Sequence record: DRR723986_14703
DNA: 54,418 nt
Strand: one strand, 5' to 3'
Made by a program: the position numbers and the translations under genes. Of the stretch, positions 18,813 to 28,592 are shown piece by piece; position 1 is the stretch's first letter; each line of letters starts with the position of its first letter. The notes under the pieces are model-generated. The model made no database searches, had not been told where the DNA came from, and was given only the letters and a program-made list of their open reading frames with translations.

Positions 18813-20450
18813 ATGAAAAGATACCTTCTCTATATTGTCGCACTGCTAGCTTGTGTTAACACGAGTTTTGGTCAATTAAAAAGCTTCGAAATCTGGGAAG
18901 GAGATACCGTCAACAAAATTGATATTGATGGCCTGAAACAAGATTTATGGCTAGAATATCATGAATCAGGAAAAGTAAAAAAAAGAACTTTTTACCTCAA
19001 TGACATTCCGCATGGAGGCGAATCTGGTTTTTACAAAAACGGAAAAGTTCGTTATACGATCATATGGAACCAAGGGGTTCCTCATGGTTTTTATCAAATT
19101 TACTATCAATCTGGATACGTTAAAAAAAGTGGTGTTTGGGTAAATGATAAAAATGTAGGTGCCTTAGTTGAATATTACAATACCGGTACCGTTGAGCGCA
19201 GATCCACCTATAACAGCCAAGGAGAATTAGAAGGAGCAATTGTCGCCTATCACTTGAATGAAAAAATTGCTGCCGTTGAAATGTATGAACAAGGACTTAG
19301 AAATGGTTTTTCACTGACCTTTGATTCATTAGGAAATCTAATAGAAACCAAAAAGTTTTTGAAGGATATTGAAATTCAACATGAACCAGATTCTGATGAA
19401 TTGAGAGGCATGCTCGATTACGTTACAGAGCAAAACAGACTGATTTTTGTTAGAGATTCACTCCAAGAAGCCCAGGCCGAATTACAGATAGCAGAAATAG
19501 AATCACAAGCCAAAATTGAAAAACAAAAGCAAGATTTAGCGCAAGAGGCCCAACGGCGATATTTCTTATACGGGGGCGTATTGTTACTCCTGATTTTTGG
19601 AGTTTTTATGTATAATCGATTCAGAATAACACGAAAACAAAAGCACATTATAGAAGAACAAAAGCTGGAAGTTGACAGGCAAAAAGAAACCATAGAAGAA
19701 AGTCACAAAGAAATTACAGATAGTATTGCCTATGCCAAACGTATTCAATCTGCCATTCTTCCGCCCAACAGTTTAATTGAGAAACATCTTGAAAATGCCT
19801 TTGTTTTGTATAAACCAAAAGACGTTGTTGCTGGTGACTTTTACTGGCTTGAGGTCAAAGAGGGGAAAACGATCTTTGCTGCAGCAGATTGCACCGGACA
19901 TGGCGTGCCAGGAGCCATGGTTTCTGTTATTTGCAACAACGCTTTAAACAGATCGGTGAGAGAATTTAACATCACTTCACCCGGAAAAATTTTGGATAAA
20001 GCACGAGAGCTGGTAATTCAAGAGTTTGAAAAATCAGAAGAAGAAGTGAAGGATGGAATGGATATCGCCTTATGTAGTTTAGACGGTCAAAAATTATCCT
20101 ATGCTGGGGCTAACAATCCTCTTTGGTTAATCAGAAATGAAGAAATTATTGAAACCAAAGCCGACAAGCAACCAATTGGCAAATTCGAAGGATTTAAGAA
20201 TTTTACAACTCATGAAATCGACCTGCAAAAGGGAGATACCATCTATATTTTCTCAGATGGATATGTTGACCAATTTGGAGGAGAAAAAGGTAAAAAATTT
20301 AAAACAAAAGCCTTGCGCGAGTTATTGCTTAATATTCAAAGTAAGTCCATGACAGAGCAAAAAGAAATCATCAATCAACGTTTCGAGACTTGGAGAGGGA
20401 AATTTGAACAAGTTGATGATGTTTGTTTTATAGGAGTTAGAATTGACTAA
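18813..20450 (+). CDS. Membrane SpoIIE/PP2C-family phosphatase with extracytoplasmic MORN-like (YwqK-type) repeats
   Basis: Signal peptide, YHESGKVK/FYKNGKVR/YYQSG repeats, TM helix, coiled coil, GDFYW, DCTGHGVPGA, FSDG, QVDD. Confidence 0.88.
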   Translation: MKRYLLYIVALLACVNTSFGQLKSFEIWEGDTVNKIDIDGLKQDLWLEYHESGKVKKRTFYLNDIPHGGESGFYKNGKVRYTIIWNQGVPHGFYQIYYQSGYVKKSGVWVNDKNVGALVEYYNTGTVERRSTYNSQGELEGAIVAYHLNEKIAAVEMYEQGLRNGFSLTFDSLGNLIETKKFLKDIEIQHEPDSDELRGMLDYVTEQNRLIFVRDSLQEAQAELQIAEIESQAKIEKQKQDLAQEAQRRYFLYGGVLLLLIFGVFMYNRFRITRKQKHIIEEQKLEVDRQKETIEESHKEITDSIAYAKRIQSAILPPNSLIEKHLENAFVLYKPKDVVAGDFYWLEVKEGKTIFAAADCTGHGVPGAMVSVICNNALNRSVREFNITSPGKILDKARELVIQEFEKSEEEVKDGMDIALCSLDGQKLSYAGANNPLWLIRNEEIIETKADKQPIGKFEGFKNFTTHEIDLQKGDTIYIFSDGYVDQFGGEKGKKFKTKALRELLLNIQSKSMTEQKEIINQRFETWRGKFEQVDDVCFIGVRID

Positions 20451-21390
20451 ACCCTTCCAAATTTAACTTAACAGCCTCTTCGTACGCCTCAATTGTCTTA
20501 GCTTTTTTAATACGCTTATAGGTTTTATGTGGATCTGGAAAAGTTTGCGCAAAATACTCCCAGTAAGATGTCATTTTAGTTAGCACATGACTTTTACCTG
20601 AAAGCGCAGAGGCGTATCCTTCAAACAATTCTTGAATAAAACGACTAAAGATTTCTACTTTATTTTCAGGATATTCAACGGTGTTGTTCTTAATCATTGT
20701 TGGTAAAAATGGGTCTGCAATTAATCCTCTTCCTATCATCCAATGATCAATTGTGGGAAATCTTTTTTTCATCTCACGGAATTCATCAACTGTAGTGATA
20801 TCACCGTTGTAGTAGATCTTTTGATTTGAAGCCGATAAACATTTTTCAAACGCATCTAAATCTACGCCACCTTTATATAATTGTTTACCAATCCGCGCAT
20901 GAATCGCTACATTTTTGATCGGGTATTTTTCTAGAATCGGAAAAACATCCAAAATTTCTGTTGGCTCATCATAACCCATTCGCATTTTCATGGATACAAT
21001 GATATCAGATTCTTCATGGGCTTTCTTTAAAACGGCATCAATTCGTTGAGGATCGTTAATTAAACCTGAACCCATACACCTCTTTGTCACCATAGGATAT
21101 GGACATCCCAAATTCCAATTCAACTCTTTATATCCTAAAGACTGAACATATTTAACCACAAACATAAATTCATCTGGGTCATTTGTCATCACTTGTGGAT
21201 GTATTACAGGTACGGTGTTGTTTTTAGGATCTAAATCACGTTGATAGCCTGGCTTAATTTCAAGCTTGCCGTTTAAGCGGATATAAGGCGCAAAGTAAGT
21301 ATCAATTCCTCCAAAATATTTATGCTGAGCATTCCTAAATCTGAAATCAGTAAATCCTTGTAAAGGGGAGGATAACAATATATCGCTCAT
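20437..21390 (-). CDS. tRNA-dihydrouridine synthase family protein
   Basis: NWNLGCP, GSGLI, IHAR, YNGDI, MIGRG. Confidence 0.92.
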   Translation of the reverse strand: MSDILLSSPLQGFTDFRFRNAQHKYFGGIDTYFAPYIRLNGKLEIKPGYQRDLDPKNNTVPVIHPQVMTNDPDEFMFVVKYVQSLGYKELNWNLGCPYPMVTKRCMGSGLINDPQRIDAVLKKAHEESDIIVSMKMRMGYDEPTEILDVFPILEKYPIKNVAIHARIGKQLYKGGVDLDAFEKCLSASNQKIYYNGDITTVDEFREMKKRFPTIDHWMIGRGLIADPFLPTMIKNNTVEYPENKVEIFSRFIQELFEGYASALSGKSHVLTKMTSYWEYFAQTFPDPHKTYKRIKKAKTIEAYEEAVKLNLEGFSQF

Positions 21391-21413
21391 GTAATTTAAG
21401 AGGATAGAATGGT

Positions 21414-21959
21414 TTAAAGATTCGGCAAAATTAATTGATTGTAATCTTCAATAGCTTGGAGAATAACTTGTTTGGCTACATCAGCTCCATGAAATTTTTC
21501 AACATCAACCGACTTATTTTCTAACTTTTTATAGTCTTCAAAAAAGTTTCTGATTTCTTTAAAAAAATGTTCGGGTAATTCAGAAATGTCGTTCATATGA
21601 TTGACACTCATATCATGTTCTGCTACGGCGATAATTTTGTCATCAGCCTCACCTCCATCTGACATCCGCATAACACCAATCGGTTTAGCAGAAACAATAC
21701 ACATAGGAACAATGGTTATCTGAGATAAAATCAAAATATCCAAGGGATCTTTATCATCACAATATGTTTGTGGAATGAATCCATAGTTCACTGGATAATA
21801 CATAGATGAATACAATACCCTGTCTAATTTCAATAAGCCCGAGTCTTTATCAATCTCATACTTGGCTCTCGTGTTTTTAGGAATTTCTATAATTCCATTT
21901 ACCGTTTCTGGAGGATGATCTCCAACTGCTACATGATGCCATGGATGACTACTGCTCAT
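21414..21959 (-). CDS. ppa: Inorganic pyrophosphatase (family I)
   Basis: [29 protein letters not shown]. Confidence 0.96.
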   Translation of the reverse strand: MSSSHPWHHVAVGDHPPETVNGIIEIPKNTRAKYEIDKDSGLLKLDRVLYSSMYYPVNYGFIPQTYCDDKDPLDILILSQITIVPMCIVSAKPIGVMRMSDGGEADDKIIAVAEHDMSVNHMNDISELPEHFFKEIRNFFEDYKKLENKSVDVEKFHGADVAKQVILQAIEDYNQLILPNL

Positions 21960-22158
21960 AATTATTTTTTTAAAGACGCAAGATAGCTAAACATTGGCTA
22001 TAATGTAGATTAGCCGAAGGATTAAAGCCTACACTAATCGTTCAAAAAATACATTTTGTCGATTTTCAATTAAAAAAAAACGTGTTTGAGACTTTATTCG
22101 AATTATATCCATAATTTTCGCCCCGCAATTATGCGATTTGTTTCGCATTAACTTAGAA

Positions 22159-23058
22159 ATGAAAAATTTAAAAGAACTATTAAGTCCTTGGCTCACCAAT
22201 GAAACAGTTGATCGATTAGTGATTATTACTGCAGCCATTGTTGTTATTCTCCTTATCCTCTATTATGCTAAAAGGACAATATCTAAACATGTTGATGATA
22301 ATTCTAAAAAGTACCGTGCGAGAAAGGTTTCTAACATTTTCGCTTATTTGCTCATTATCATTGCTGTGCTGTTCACCTACAGTGATAAACTGGGAAATAT
22401 TGGTGTCGCGGTAGGTTTAGCAGGTGCCGGCATAGCCTTTGCCTTGCAAGAGGTAATTACAAGTTTTGCAGGATGGCTATCTATCATCTTCACCAATCAA
22501 GTAAAAGTAGGTCAACGAGTAAAAATTGATGACCTGCGAGGTGACATTATTGATATTTCTGTTTTAAAAACAACAATCATGGAAATGGGAGATTGGGTTG
22601 ATGGAGATCTCTATAATGGCAGAATCACCACTATTTCGAACAGCTTTGTTTTTAAAACTGCCATTCAAAATTATTCTGCTGATTATCCTTTTTTATGGGA
22701 TGAAATCTCTGTGCCTATTAGAACAAACAGTGATTTTCAGTTGGCGAAAAAAGTGTTTACAGCCGTAACCGAAGAGGTATGTGGGGCGTATGCACAAGCT
22801 TCGGAGAAAGAGTGGGCTAAAATGCAGAATAAATACCAAATTGAAAATGCGCAAGTGGCCCCCATGGTCACATTAAGGTTTGATGAAAATTGGATTACGT
22901 TCACTATCCGATATGTTGTAGATTATCAAAAAAGAAGGACAACCAAGGATATTTTATATACGCGATATTTGCAAGAAATAGCGAAGTATGATGACATTAT
23001 CATGATTGCAACTTCAACTATGGAAGTTACCAACGTTCCCCCTGATGAAAACGAGTAA
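22159..23058 (+). CDS. Small-conductance mechanosensitive channel (MscS family)
   Basis: Three TM helices, GLAGAGIAFALQE, VGQRV; ATG at 22159 preferred. Confidence 0.92.
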   Translation: MKNLKELLSPWLTNETVDRLVIITAAIVVILLILYYAKRTISKHVDDNSKKYRARKVSNIFAYLLIIIAVLFTYSDKLGNIGVAVGLAGAGIAFALQEVITSFAGWLSIIFTNQVKVGQRVKIDDLRGDIIDISVLKTTIMEMGDWVDGDLYNGRITTISNSFVFKTAIQNYSADYPFLWDEISVPIRTNSDFQLAKKVFTAVTEEVCGAYAQASEKEWAKMQNKYQIENAQVAPMVTLRFDENWITFTIRYVVDYQKRRTTKDILYTRYLQEIAKYDDIIMIATSTMEVTNVPPDENE

Positions 23059-23182
23059 GTATTGCAGACCATTAAATCTTATCCTTTCTTTTATTTGAAA
23101 CCTATTTGGTAAGGATATCAAGCGATTATTTGGATAAAAATTATGAAGCACCTAGTTTTAAGGTCAAATTAGATAAAGAGAA

Positions 23183-23626
23183 GTGAAACCTGAAAAAAAA
23201 CGAATCGGTAGATCCGATAAATTAGATTTTCCTGAATTTGGATTAAATGACGTTCCAGTAAAAACAGATACCGGTGCGTTCACCTCGTCCATTCATTGTA
23301 CCTTTAAAGAAGAAGTAGAAATTGATGGCAAAAAGATTTTGAAGTTTAAATTATTTGATGAATCTTTTGGCGAAATTCACGACCGCGTCTTTGAAACCAG
23401 TAACTTTGAATGGAAAAAATTCAAAAGTTCATTTGGTGATGAAGAAAAACGCTATGTGATTCAAACCGTCATCATAGCACACGGTGAAGAAATTCCAGTT
23501 GAATTATCACTAAGTGACAGAAGTAAAATGAAATTCCCCGTTTTATTGGGAAGAAAGTTTCTGAATAAAAGATTTATAGTCAACTCAACAGCTATTGATA
23601 TTTCGTTCAAGAACAAGAATAAATAA
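23183..23626 (+). CDS. RimB-like retropepsin-fold protease (RimK-associated 'ATP-dependent zinc protease')
   Basis: [28 protein letters not shown]; directly upstream of rimK. Confidence 0.9.
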   Translation: MKPEKKRIGRSDKLDFPEFGLNDVPVKTDTGAFTSSIHCTFKEEVEIDGKKILKFKLFDESFGEIHDRVFETSNFEWKKFKSSFGDEEKRYVIQTVIIAHGEEIPVELSLSDRSKMKFPVLLGRKFLNKRFIVNSTAIDISFKNKNK

Positions 23627-23630
23627 GAAA

Positions 23631-24506
23631 ATGAAAATAGCTGTATTATCAAGAAATCCTGCCCTTTATTCTACTAAAAGATTGGTTGAAGCTGGAGAAA
23701 AAAAAGGACATGAAATGGTTGTAATAGACCATTTAAAATGTCATATTGAGATTGAAAAAAAGAACCCTAGGATATTCTATAAAGGAGCATACCTTGAAAA
23801 TTTTGATGCGGTAATTCCACGAATTGGTGCTTCGGTTACCTTTTTTGGAACAGCTCTTGTGCGCCAGTTCGAAATGATGAAGGTGTTTACAGCTACAGAA
23901 TCACAAGCTCTAGTAAGATCTAGAGATAAGTTAAGAAGTCTACAAATTCTGTCAAGAGCAGGTGTAGGCTTACCAAAAACTGTTTTTACAGATTATACGA
24001 GGGATACCGGACAAGTAATTGATGCTGTTGGTGGAGCGCCACTCGTTATTAAATTGTTAGAAGGAACCCAAGGCTTAGGTGTAGTTTTGGCAGAATCAAA
24101 AAATGCAGGTGAATCTATTTTAGAAGCGTTTAACGGACTTAAAGCAAGGGTAATTGCTCAAGAATTTATTAAAGAGGCCGGTGGTGCAGATATTAGAGCT
24201 TTTGTGGTTGATGGTGTGGTTGTGGGTGCCATGAAGCGACAAGGAAAAGAAGGTGAGTTCAGATCAAATTTACACAGAGGTGGAAGTGCACAAGTAATCG
24301 AACTAACAGATGAAGAAGAAAATACTGCGCTTAAAGCAGCAAGAGCCATGGGCTTAGCTGTGGCTGGTGTAGATATGCTTCAATCCAACAAAGGTCCTTT
24401 AGTTTTAGAAGTAAATTCTTCTCCAGGTTTAGAAGGTATTGAAGCAGCTACTGGTAAAGATATCGCTAAAATTATCATCAAGTATATTGAGCGTCACGTA
24501 GATTAA
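23631..24506 (+). CDS. rimK: Ribosomal protein S6--L-glutamate ligase
   Basis: [46 protein letters not shown]. Confidence 0.95.
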   Translation: MKIAVLSRNPALYSTKRLVEAGEKKGHEMVVIDHLKCHIEIEKKNPRIFYKGAYLENFDAVIPRIGASVTFFGTALVRQFEMMKVFTATESQALVRSRDKLRSLQILSRAGVGLPKTVFTDYTRDTGQVIDAVGGAPLVIKLLEGTQGLGVVLAESKNAGESILEAFNGLKARVIAQEFIKEAGGADIRAFVVDGVVVGAMKRQGKEGEFRSNLHRGGSAQVIELTDEEENTALKAARAMGLAVAGVDMLQSNKGPLVLEVNSSPGLEGIEAATGKDIAKIIIKYIERHVD

Positions 24507-25115
24507 CTAAAGCTTAAACACTTTGGCCTTGGCCATGAATAATTCACGAATTTTCGAAAGATTCGAGAGCTTTTCAGCAAAAACGAGGTATTGACCTTTT
24601 TTCAGACTCTCGGTGATGCGATCAATAGTCGTATGCCCTACTCCTCGGTTCAAAAAATCTGCATCTTCAACAATTAGCATTTCTAATTCATTCAAGTTGA
24701 TACCGTTCAAAAAATACAACTTTGAAAATCGTTTTGGGGTAGCAATCAAGATATCCATACCGGGATAAATTGTGTTTTTTTGAAAGGTCAAATCGCCTTC
24801 TTCATACACCGAAAAAATACGAAGATCTGTTCTGTGAATTAAGGGTTGAAAGGCCTCTTCAAGTTTTAAGGCAGCTGCTCTATTTTCAACAAATATCACT
24901 GCCCTAGGATTATCACCCTGCGCAGCAAAACCCAGTTTGTTCAATACCGAAATAAGAATGGTGGTTGATTTCCCTACCCCTTTTGGCCCTATACCAATCA
25001 AATTGGCACCTGATTTTATATTGGGAATCAATAATTTTTGAAACTCATTTGGCTCTGATATGCCGTGCGCATTTAAGACCTCTAAAAGGTCTAAATTGAT
25101 TTTTTTAAAGCTCAT
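24507..25115 (-). CDS. Single-domain degenerate DEAD/DEAH-box protein
   Basis: Q motif PNEFQ, GPKGVGKST, IATPKR, IVEDAD instead of DEAD; no helicase C-terminal domain. Confidence 0.78.
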   Translation of the reverse strand: MSFKKINLDLLEVLNAHGISEPNEFQKLLIPNIKSGANLIGIGPKGVGKSTTILISVLNKLGFAAQGDNPRAVIFVENRAAALKLEEAFQPLIHRTDLRIFSVYEEGDLTFQKNTIYPGMDILIATPKRFSKLYFLNGINLNELEMLIVEDADFLNRGVGHTTIDRITESLKKGQYLVFAEKLSNLSKIRELFMAKAKVFKL

Positions 25116-25130
25116 GAATGTATTAGCGAA

Positions 25131-26132
25131 CTACTTCGCGTTTACTACCTTGATTGTTTTTCGGTATCCATTTTTAGACTCAATGCTCACGAAATAAACA
25201 CCGTGCTCTTTTTCAAAAAATGTGAACTCTGTCAAAGCCGCTTCTTGATGAATCAGTTGGCCAGTAACATTGTAAATTGATACCATATAATCTGTATTAG
25301 TAGCATTGACATTCAATATAGAATTAGAATAAGTCATGTTGTATGAATACTCAATGTCAATAATTGAAGCTCCAGCCATAACTACGATTGTTACTTCATT
25401 TGACTGTACAGGGCTTCCGCTTATCATACTTTCACAAATCACATAATAAGTACCCGCTGAAGCAAAATTCGGAACATAAGTTAAAGCCGTTTCTGGGCTA
25501 GCAAATGACATATATCCAGAACCAGATGTTGTTGAATACTTCCATTCTCTGCTTGTTCCAGAAGGAGTTTCTGTTGCCGTTAATGTTGTTCCGTTTGCGC
25601 CAGGAGCTATCGTCTGCTGTGATGCAGGAAACACAGAAACACTTGATGAAGATAAATCTGCATCAATTTTTAAATTATTCAATTGCGCATTTGAAGGCGA
25701 ACCAAATGTTCCAGCCATTTTAATTTTAATCCAAAAAGTAGATGCACCTGGATTCCAAGTAGGAATTACCAAAGTTGACTGCGCAAACCCCGCTGGCCAG
25801 TTTTGAGTTCCGATTTGAGTATATGTCATGTCATCTGTAGAATACTCAACATAAACATCCGCATTTTGCGTAGTTGCTGCTAAATAAATATCAATATCAG
25901 ATGATGCAATTGTAAATTGTCTTTTAATTTCTAAAGTGTACGCATTACTTGAGGTACCGCTAAAGCTGTATACATTAGCACCGTTTACACTCGAACTTGA
26001 GATATTGGTTGTTACAGGAGTTGACCAACCTGTCCAGGCATCAGTATAAGTTTGACCTGTGGTATAAACAGTAGTCTGGCTAAATCCTAAAGATAAAACC
26101 GAAATAAATAAGATTGTAAAAAGTGTTTTCAT
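25131..26132 (-). CDS. Secreted Ser/Thr-rich protein with T9SS type A C-terminal sorting domain
   Basis: Signal peptide; IYNVTGQLI...GVYFVSI...TIKVV. Confidence 0.82.
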   Translation of the reverse strand: MKTLFTILFISVLSLGFSQTTVYTTGQTYTDAWTGWSTPVTTNISSSSVNGANVYSFSGTSSNAYTLEIKRQFTIASSDIDIYLAATTQNADVYVEYSTDDMTYTQIGTQNWPAGFAQSTLVIPTWNPGASTFWIKIKMAGTFGSPSNAQLNNLKIDADLSSSSVSVFPASQQTIAPGANGTTLTATETPSGTSREWKYSTTSGSGYMSFASPETALTYVPNFASAGTYYVICESMISGSPVQSNEVTIVVMAGASIIDIEYSYNMTYSNSILNVNATNTDYMVSIYNVTGQLIHQEAALTEFTFFEKEHGVYFVSIESKNGYRKTIKVVNAK

Positions 26133-26203
26133 GTGTTATTTTTTGAACTTCCCGTGAAGATACAAAGAGATTTTGACTAATTGAATAGTTCATGAAATAA
26201 ATA

Positions 26204-26227
26204 AACTTTCAATAATTATTGAAAGTT
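26204..26227. promoter_or_regulatory. Perfect 24-bp palindromic operator overlapping the -33 region of the regulator promoter
   Basis: AACTTTCAATAATTATTGAAAGTT; -7 box TACATTTG at 26241-26248. Confidence 0.75.
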
Positions 26228-26252
26228 CTAAAATTTATTATACATTTGGAAT

Positions 26253-26759
26253 ATGAAACTGCAAGACGCGAAAATGGAATTTGTACAAACCTGGGGCTCA
26301 ATTGGGAGTTCATGGGGGATTCCGCGTTCTATGGCACAAATTCATGCCTTGCTTTTGGCCAGCAACGAAGCATTGAGTACTGAAGATGTGATGGAAACCA
26401 TTAAAATTTCAAGAGGTAATGTCAACATCAATATGCGTGAATTGATCAATTGGAATTTGGTGGCTAAGCAAAATAAGCTCGGCGAGCGAAAAGAGTTTTT
26501 TACGGCCAATACGGATATTATGGCCATGGCACAAAACATTGTGCAAGAGCGCAAGAAACGAGAGTTACAGCCGGTTTTGGATCTATTAGAAAAATTAAAA
26601 ACAGATAAAATACAAGGAAAAAAAGAAGAAGTTGAGCACTTTAATAAACTTATGGTTGAACTAGAAGACTTTATCAAACAACTCGACCAATTGTCAGAGA
26701 TATGGCTAAAATTAAAAGACAATTTCTTTTTCAAAAAGATGATCAAAACTATGAGTTGA
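26253..26759 (+). CDS. GbsR/MarR-family transcriptional regulator
   Basis: WGSIGSSWGIPRSMAQIHALL, ISRGNVN, GERKEFF. Confidence 0.92.
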   Translation: MKLQDAKMEFVQTWGSIGSSWGIPRSMAQIHALLLASNEALSTEDVMETIKISRGNVNINMRELINWNLVAKQNKLGERKEFFTANTDIMAMAQNIVQERKKRELQPVLDLLEKLKTDKIQGKKEEVEHFNKLMVELEDFIKQLDQLSEIWLKLKDNFFFKKMIKTMS

Positions 26760-26792
26760 TCTGCCGAGGAAGATTAATATTTTTTTATCACA

Positions 26793-26816
26793 AACTTTCA
26801 ATTATTTCTAAAACTT
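26793..26816. promoter_or_regulatory. Second, degenerate copy of the operator
   Basis: AACTTTCAATTATTTCTAAAACTT, 19/24 identical to 26204-26227. Confidence 0.6.
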
Positions 26817-26840
26817 TAAACAGAATCGAATAAACTAAAA

Positions 26841-27200
26841 ATGAACTACAACATCCTCACATACGGTCTCTTTTTCCTCCTTGTAGGATACATAACCATT
26901 CAGGTGGGATGGACATTTTATAAAAACGGCGAACATTTCATTTACAACTTGATTCCGGATGACCCACATTTAGTTCAAGCAATTAACAAACTACTTTTGG
27001 TAGGCTATTATTTACTAAATCTGGGTTATGCCACACTGGTGGTTTCAACTTGGGAGACGGTTCATGATTTACAAGAACTGTTTGCCAGTTTATCTACCAA
27101 AGCCGGCCTCATAATACTAGGACTTGGCGCCATGCACTTTTTTAATTTACTCATTTTAACACTTTATAAATCGCATAGGACAATTCGTTCTAGGCACTAA
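26841..27200 (+). CDS. Hypothetical 3-TM membrane protein (paralog A)
   Basis: FYKNG, AINKLLLVGYYLLNLGYA. Confidence 0.85.
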   Translation: MNYNILTYGLFFLLVGYITIQVGWTFYKNGEHFIYNLIPDDPHLVQAINKLLLVGYYLLNLGYATLVVSTWETVHDLQELFASLSTKAGLIILGLGAMHFFNLLILTLYKSHRTIRSRH

Positions 27201-27211
27201 AAACAACAGTT

Positions 27212-27622
27212 ATGGAAAATCAAATGATTATCACGGCTTATTTAATTTATTTACCAATTTCAATTTTGCTGACACTTTATGTAGCCAGAATTCTATTTAA
27301 AAATGGTAAAGTTTTTATGTTGGATATTTTCAGAGGACGCAAAGAAATTGCCTTTGCAACCAACAAGCTTTTTGAAGTTGGGTTCTACCTTCTGAATATT
27401 GGCTTTGCATTATTGATTCTAAAAATCAGCGGATACTTAATGGATACCCAAGAAGTCATTGAAGTATTGAGTTTGAAATTGGGTGGCTTCTCAATTTATC
27501 TCGGATTCATGCTAATGTTAAACTTATACTTCTTTTTCAGAGGCAAAAGAAAAGCAAAGGAGGCAATCCAGAATGAAAAATTCATGACCTTCAAAGGTGC
27601 CAACCCGACACAACAAATGTAG
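27212..27622 (+). CDS. Hypothetical 3-TM membrane protein (paralog B)
   Basis: LFKNG, ATNKLFEVGFYLLNIGFA. Confidence 0.85.
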   Translation: MENQMIITAYLIYLPISILLTLYVARILFKNGKVFMLDIFRGRKEIAFATNKLFEVGFYLLNIGFALLILKISGYLMDTQEVIEVLSLKLGGFSIYLGFMLMLNLYFFFRGKRKAKEAIQNEKFMTFKGANPTQQM

Positions 27623-27639
27623 TTTTAATATTTACCACT

Positions 27640-28104
27640 ATGATGACCAATATAGACTATTCAACAATCGATAAAAACAAAGTTTTAATCAGCAATTTTA
27701 TTGTGCCTTTGGCCGCTCCAATATTTGTTTTTTGTCTGCCAATTTTAGATGGTAATTTTGGTAGCGAACCAATAGGCAACATTGTCGGGTTCTTCTTTCT
27801 GGCATTGATTTTCGGTGCTCTTTTTTGGGTGCCAACGATCATCTTTACGCTAATCGTTGAGCTCTTCAGCATTAACGAAAGAACAACAGATCATCACCTG
27901 GCACTAATTTTATTAGCGGAAGGTATCGTGGCATATGTCATCATACTACTCATTTTTGGTGGGGCTAAAATAAAGGGTGATGCCACCATTGCCTTATTTT
28001 TCAGTATCACCATCCCTCAATTATTGAGATGGTGGTACTTGAAATACAAAGGAAGAATGTACAGAAAAGCTCCGAGCACTCAAGAATTTGATCACTTAAA
28101 CTAA
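27640..28104 (+). CDS. Hypothetical 4-TM membrane protein
   Basis: Hydrophobic helices; operon spacing. Confidence 0.75.
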   Translation: MMTNIDYSTIDKNKVLISNFIVPLAAPIFVFCLPILDGNFGSEPIGNIVGFFFLALIFGALFWVPTIIFTLIVELFSINERTTDHHLALILLAEGIVAYVIILLIFGGAKIKGDATIALFFSITIPQLLRWWYLKYKGRMYRKAPSTQEFDHLN

Positions 28105-28109
28105 ACATC

Positions 28110-28592
28110 ATGTCAACAATCGTATTAGAAACAACTATTGACGCTCCTATCCACAGAGTTTTTGACCTTGCAAGAAGTATTGACTTGCATGAATATACTG
28201 CTAGTCACACCAACGAAAAAGCCATAGCCGGCCGAACAAAAGGGCTGATTAACCAATATGAAATGGTCACCTGGCAGGCTAAACATTTAGGGATTAAACA
28301 ACGTTTAACTTCGGTAATTTCAAAAATGGAAGGACCCTACTTTTTTGAAGACGTGATGGTGAAAGGACCGTTTAAAAAGATTCAACACAAACATTTTTTC
28401 TGGATCAAAAACGGCAAAACCATCATGAAAGATGTATTCGAATTCAGTGCTCCTTTCGGTTGCATTGGAGCCTTGATTGATCGGCTATATCTGAAAAAAT
28501 ATCTTGAACAATTTCTTTTAAATCGCAATATCCAAATCAAAGATTTTGCAGAACACGACAACAAATGGATGCAAGTACTCAACATATATTAA
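28110..28592 (+). CDS. SRPBCC (START-like ligand-binding) family protein
   Basis: IDAPIHRVFDLARSIDLH, FEDVMVKGPF, HKHFF. Confidence 0.88.
   Translation: MSTIVLETTIDAPIHRVFDLARSIDLHEYTASHTNEKAIAGRTKGLINQYEMVTWQAKHLGIKQRLTSVISKMEGPYFFEDVMVKGPFKKIQHKHFFWIKNGKTIMKDVFEFSAPFGCIGALIDRLYLKKYLEQFLLNRNIQIKDFAEHDNKWMQVLNIY

Noticed and set aside
16093..23058. Possible genomic island integrated at tRNA-Leu
   Set aside because: No integrase, no duplicated tRNA 3' end noticed, no obvious compositional shift
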